DNA from: Candidatus Moraniibacteriota bacterium
GTDB taxonomy: Bacteria; Patescibacteriota; Minisyncoccia; Moranbacterales; GCA-2747515
Reading direction: 5' to 3'
DNA length: 64,000 bases
NCBI GenBank assembly: GCA_947311515.1
Contig: CAMZLB010000031.1
Location: 922 to 64,921, forward strand
The notes beneath the pieces were generated by a model. That model had not been told where the DNA came from and made no database searches. It saw only the letters and a program-made list of their open reading frames with translations. Shown piece by piece: positions 61,432-64,000 of this stretch. Both the position numbers and the translations under genes were made by a program. Each line of letters opens with the position of its first letter. Within the stretch, counting starts at the first letter, position 1.

Positions 61432-62790
61432 TTATTTATCAATCTTATCTAATTCTTCCATAACTACTTTCCTATCATCCCATGGCATATGTTCACCGTT
61501 TGCTTTTACTATGGCTTGTTCCGAACCTTTTCCTGTTATAAGAATAACATCACCTTTGTTGGATATTTTAAGAGCTTTTCTAATAGCCTTCCTCCTATCT
61601 AAAACCCTAAATAAATTTTTATTATCAACTTTCCCAGCATTCACAGCCCCATTTGCAACTGCATTTATTATATCCATTGGATTATCATCATAAGGATCTT
61701 CATCTGTCACTATCACATTTTTAGCTTTTTTTCCTGCAATAAATCCTATTTTTTCCATTCTATCTATATCTCTACCACCACCTGTTCCTCCGAGTACATG
61801 AATTATTTCATTGGGATTTAAAAATGATACAGTTTCATACAACTTAGTAATTGCAACTGGTTCAAATGCATAATCTACTATTATAGTAATTCCTAATTTA
61901 TTTGAAATTTTTTCAAGTCTTCCTGGTATCCCTCTGATTTTTTCTAAACCTTTTTTGATTTGTGTGTAATTTAAATTTAACGATTTAGCTACGCAACTAG
62001 ACGCCGCAATATTTGTGGCTGTAAAATCTCCCAATAATTTTAATTGAATTTTTTGATTATTCAAAGATATGAAAATTCCATCTTTATTTGTCTTTAGATA
62101 TTTATACACAATACATTCATTATTTGTATATCTGCATTTATTTTTAATTGTAAAATTTATTTTTTTTGGAACATTAAAATTTGAAAAATCTTTTGCATAT
62201 TTATCATCTTCATTTACTACGATAGTTTTTTTAACTTCAATTTTTTTTCCATTTGTATCAACTAAACTTTTATTTTTAGATTTTTCAAGATGTCTAAAAA
62301 GCTTAAGTTTTGCTTGTTTATAGTTTTCGAAACTTCCATGAGAATCAATATGTTCAGGATACAAGCCCGTAAAAACAAAAGTATCATAATTTATAAATCT
62401 ATGCCTAAACTGTACTACTCCCTCACTTGTAGTCTCAACTATAGCTACCTTACAACCACTTTTCACCATATCCCTTAGAATTTTTTGCGTAAAAAATCTC
62501 CCCACCATTGTCATTTTTTTATCATTTAACCATTCCTTTTTTCCATCATTAAACATCGCAGTAGAAGTATACCCAGTTTTTATACCTGCATTATTTAATA
62601 TGTTTGCAGTTAGAAATGTAACAGTAGTTTTACCAGTAGTACCTGTAACTCCCACAACAATAAGTTCATTACTAGGAAATCCATAGATCAATGCCGCAAA
62701 ACCATTCATTAGATAATGATATATTGGCTGGACTTTTCTAAAGAGTGTATTAGGAATACATTTTTTTATCAAAAATAAAACTTTTTTCAT
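61432..62790 (-). CDS. murE: Mur ligase, MurE-like
   Basis: GVTGTTGKTT, E.TSEG, EHID.HG.FENY, PGRLE, VDYA, GG.RD, EDPYDD and TGKG.E motifs; ATG 62790 is the likely start. Confidence 0.88.
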   Translation of the reverse strand: MKKVLFLIKKCIPNTLFRKVQPIYHYLMNGFAALIYGFPSNELIVVGVTGTTGKTTVTFLTANILNNAGIKTGYTSTAMFNDGKKEWLNDKKMTMVGRFFTQKILRDMVKSGCKVAIVETTSEGVVQFRHRFINYDTFVFTGLYPEHIDSHGSFENYKQAKLKLFRHLEKSKNKSLVDTNGKKIEVKKTIVVNEDDKYAKDFSNFNVPKKINFTIKNKCRYTNNECIVYKYLKTNKDGIFISLNNQKIQLKLLGDFTATNIAASSCVAKSLNLNYTQIKKGLEKIRGIPGRLEKISNKLGITIIVDYAFEPVAITKLYETVSFLNPNEIIHVLGGTGGGRDIDRMEKIGFIAGKKAKNVIVTDEDPYDDNPMDIINAVANGAVNAGKVDNKNLFRVLDRRKAIRKALKISNKGDVILITGKGSEQAIVKANGEHMPWDDRKVVMEELDKIDK

Positions 62791-62797
62791 AACTTTA

Positions 62798-63751
62798 TTA
62801 TTTTTTAATTTTCTTTTTAATTGAAAGTAATGTTCTATAAGAGTTATAACTAAGTGGTACAATTACTAAATCATAAGAACCTTTAAATTTATAAATTTCT
62901 TCCTTTGGTGCAAATCCCTTCTTGAATCTAGTTATACCTTTTTTACCTGCGTTATCTGAATCTGGAAATACTCCACCAAAATCATAAAATTTACAATTCA
63001 TTTTTATTGCTTTTTTAAATGCTTCAAATTGAAGTAAAAATGGTGCCATTAAGTTTCTATAACTTTCACCTGTAGCACCGTGCAAATAAGTTGCTACACC
63101 TAAATAAAATGTAACTATATTCGCCGCTATGTAATTATCTTCAAATTTTGCAACAGCTAATGATATTAACTCCACTGGTATCTCCTTAAACATATTTAAA
63201 TAATGTTCTCTATTGTGAAAAACTACTCCTTTTCTCTTACTTGTATCCTTAACCATCTCAAAAAATGCATCAAATGCTCTCTCAAAATCTTCATCACCAT
63301 ATTTTATAAATTCAACCTGAACACCTTTTTTCTTTGCAAGTCTAACATTGTACCTAGTTTTTGATTTCATTCTCTTAAAAATCTCCTCTCCTGTCTCAGG
63401 AATTTTAATTATAAGATGATCTCTAGGTTGCATATCATGTGGAGATTCAATAATTTTAAATTTCTGCAACTTCTTTAATTGTTCTGAATTTTCAATATCC
63501 ATCCTAATCCATTTACATTTATTTTCTTTTGCGATTTTTATAAATTTTTCTATTAAATCCAAATGCTCATCAAATAATCTTGGGATATATAAGTATTTAC
63601 CTATAAATTTAATATTTTGAATAACACCAAATGCTTCTGTATTTAAATTTTTAGCATTCACTACCTGTTTTTTTTCCTTCCTGTAAATAGACGCCCAATA
63701 TTTTGATTGCAGTAGTCCTCCCTCTGATTTTACTTTATTATTTGATATCAT
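62798..63751 (-). CDS. FemABX family peptidoglycan bridge/lipid II aminoacyl transferase
   Basis: LQS..W, MKSKTRYNVRLA.KKGV, YL.GAT, YDFGG and GITRFKKGF motifs. Confidence 0.92.
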   Translation of the reverse strand: MISNNKVKSEGGLLQSKYWASIYRKEKKQVVNAKNLNTEAFGVIQNIKFIGKYLYIPRLFDEHLDLIEKFIKIAKENKCKWIRMDIENSEQLKKLQKFKIIESPHDMQPRDHLIIKIPETGEEIFKRMKSKTRYNVRLAKKKGVQVEFIKYGDEDFERAFDAFFEMVKDTSKRKGVVFHNREHYLNMFKEIPVELISLAVAKFEDNYIAANIVTFYLGVATYLHGATGESYRNLMAPFLLQFEAFKKAIKMNCKFYDFGGVFPDSDNAGKKGITRFKKGFAPKEEIYKFKGSYDLVIVPLSYNSYRTLLSIKKKIKK

Positions 63752-63788
63752 GTTACAATGATACTATAAATATTAATTTATACAAAAT

Positions 63789-64000
63789 ATGGAACCTATA
63801 AGACTACAGAAATATTTAGCAACACTAGGCATTGGATCAAGACGTGGTATAGAGCAGATGATGATAGAAGGAAAAATAAAGGTTAATGGTAAAAAACCAA
63901 AACTTGGAGATAAGGTAACCTCTAGGGATAGAATATTAGTAGATGGAAAGAAAATAAAGCATACACCCGAACTAAAAAGACTAATAGCATTTCATAAACC
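63789..64000 (+). CDS. RsuA/RluB-family pseudouridine synthase (5' part, runs off the window)
   Basis: MEPIRLQKYLATLGIGSRR...G.I.VNG...LG.KV...D.I.VDG...FHKP (S4 domain). Confidence 0.88.
   Translation, partial: MEPIRLQKYLATLGIGSRRGIEQMMIEGKIKVNGKKPKLGDKVTSRDRILVDGKKIKHTPELKRLIAFHK

Noticed and set aside
2036-62478. Many short antisense ORFs in the track (e.g. 2036..2377, 5300..5710, 15328..15720, 28975..29412, 41518..41847)
   Set aside because: They are shadow frames opposite well-supported genes, with no motifs.

Overview
AT-rich bacterial chromosome segment read with the standard genetic code; most genes are on the minus strand. The gene mix (pilB/O/N/M, compact housekeeping genes, short UvrC, sortase, DUF5648-like and dockerin proteins, tRNAs without encoded CCA) resembles Patescibacteria/CPR, possibly Moranbacteria-like; this is inference. 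Housekeeping genes: uvrA, uvrC, polA, holA, rbfA, nrnA, rsmA, clpP, tig, ppa, nusA, pyk, map, htpX, lemA, a Mur ligase, a FemABX protein and three tRNAs. Best candidate for a new system: a four-gene operon at 8837-11918 encoding a tetraether-synthase-like (Tes/GDGT-MAS) radical SAM enzyme, an ICMT/PEMT-like methyltransferase, an Lgt-family protein and a small membrane protein with a C-terminal lipobox-like LFGG-C. Other points: a disrupted giant LAKTG adhesin plus sortase next to IS remnants, two candidate structured RNAs (40019-40141, with a perfect sigma70 promoter and DnaA boxes; 47331-47554), a decayed second rsmA bracketing lysA, an archaeal-type AGOG glycosylase, several unannotated pseudogenes and a MITE-like repeat pair. 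All family calls come from motif recognition by eye; no database search was run.
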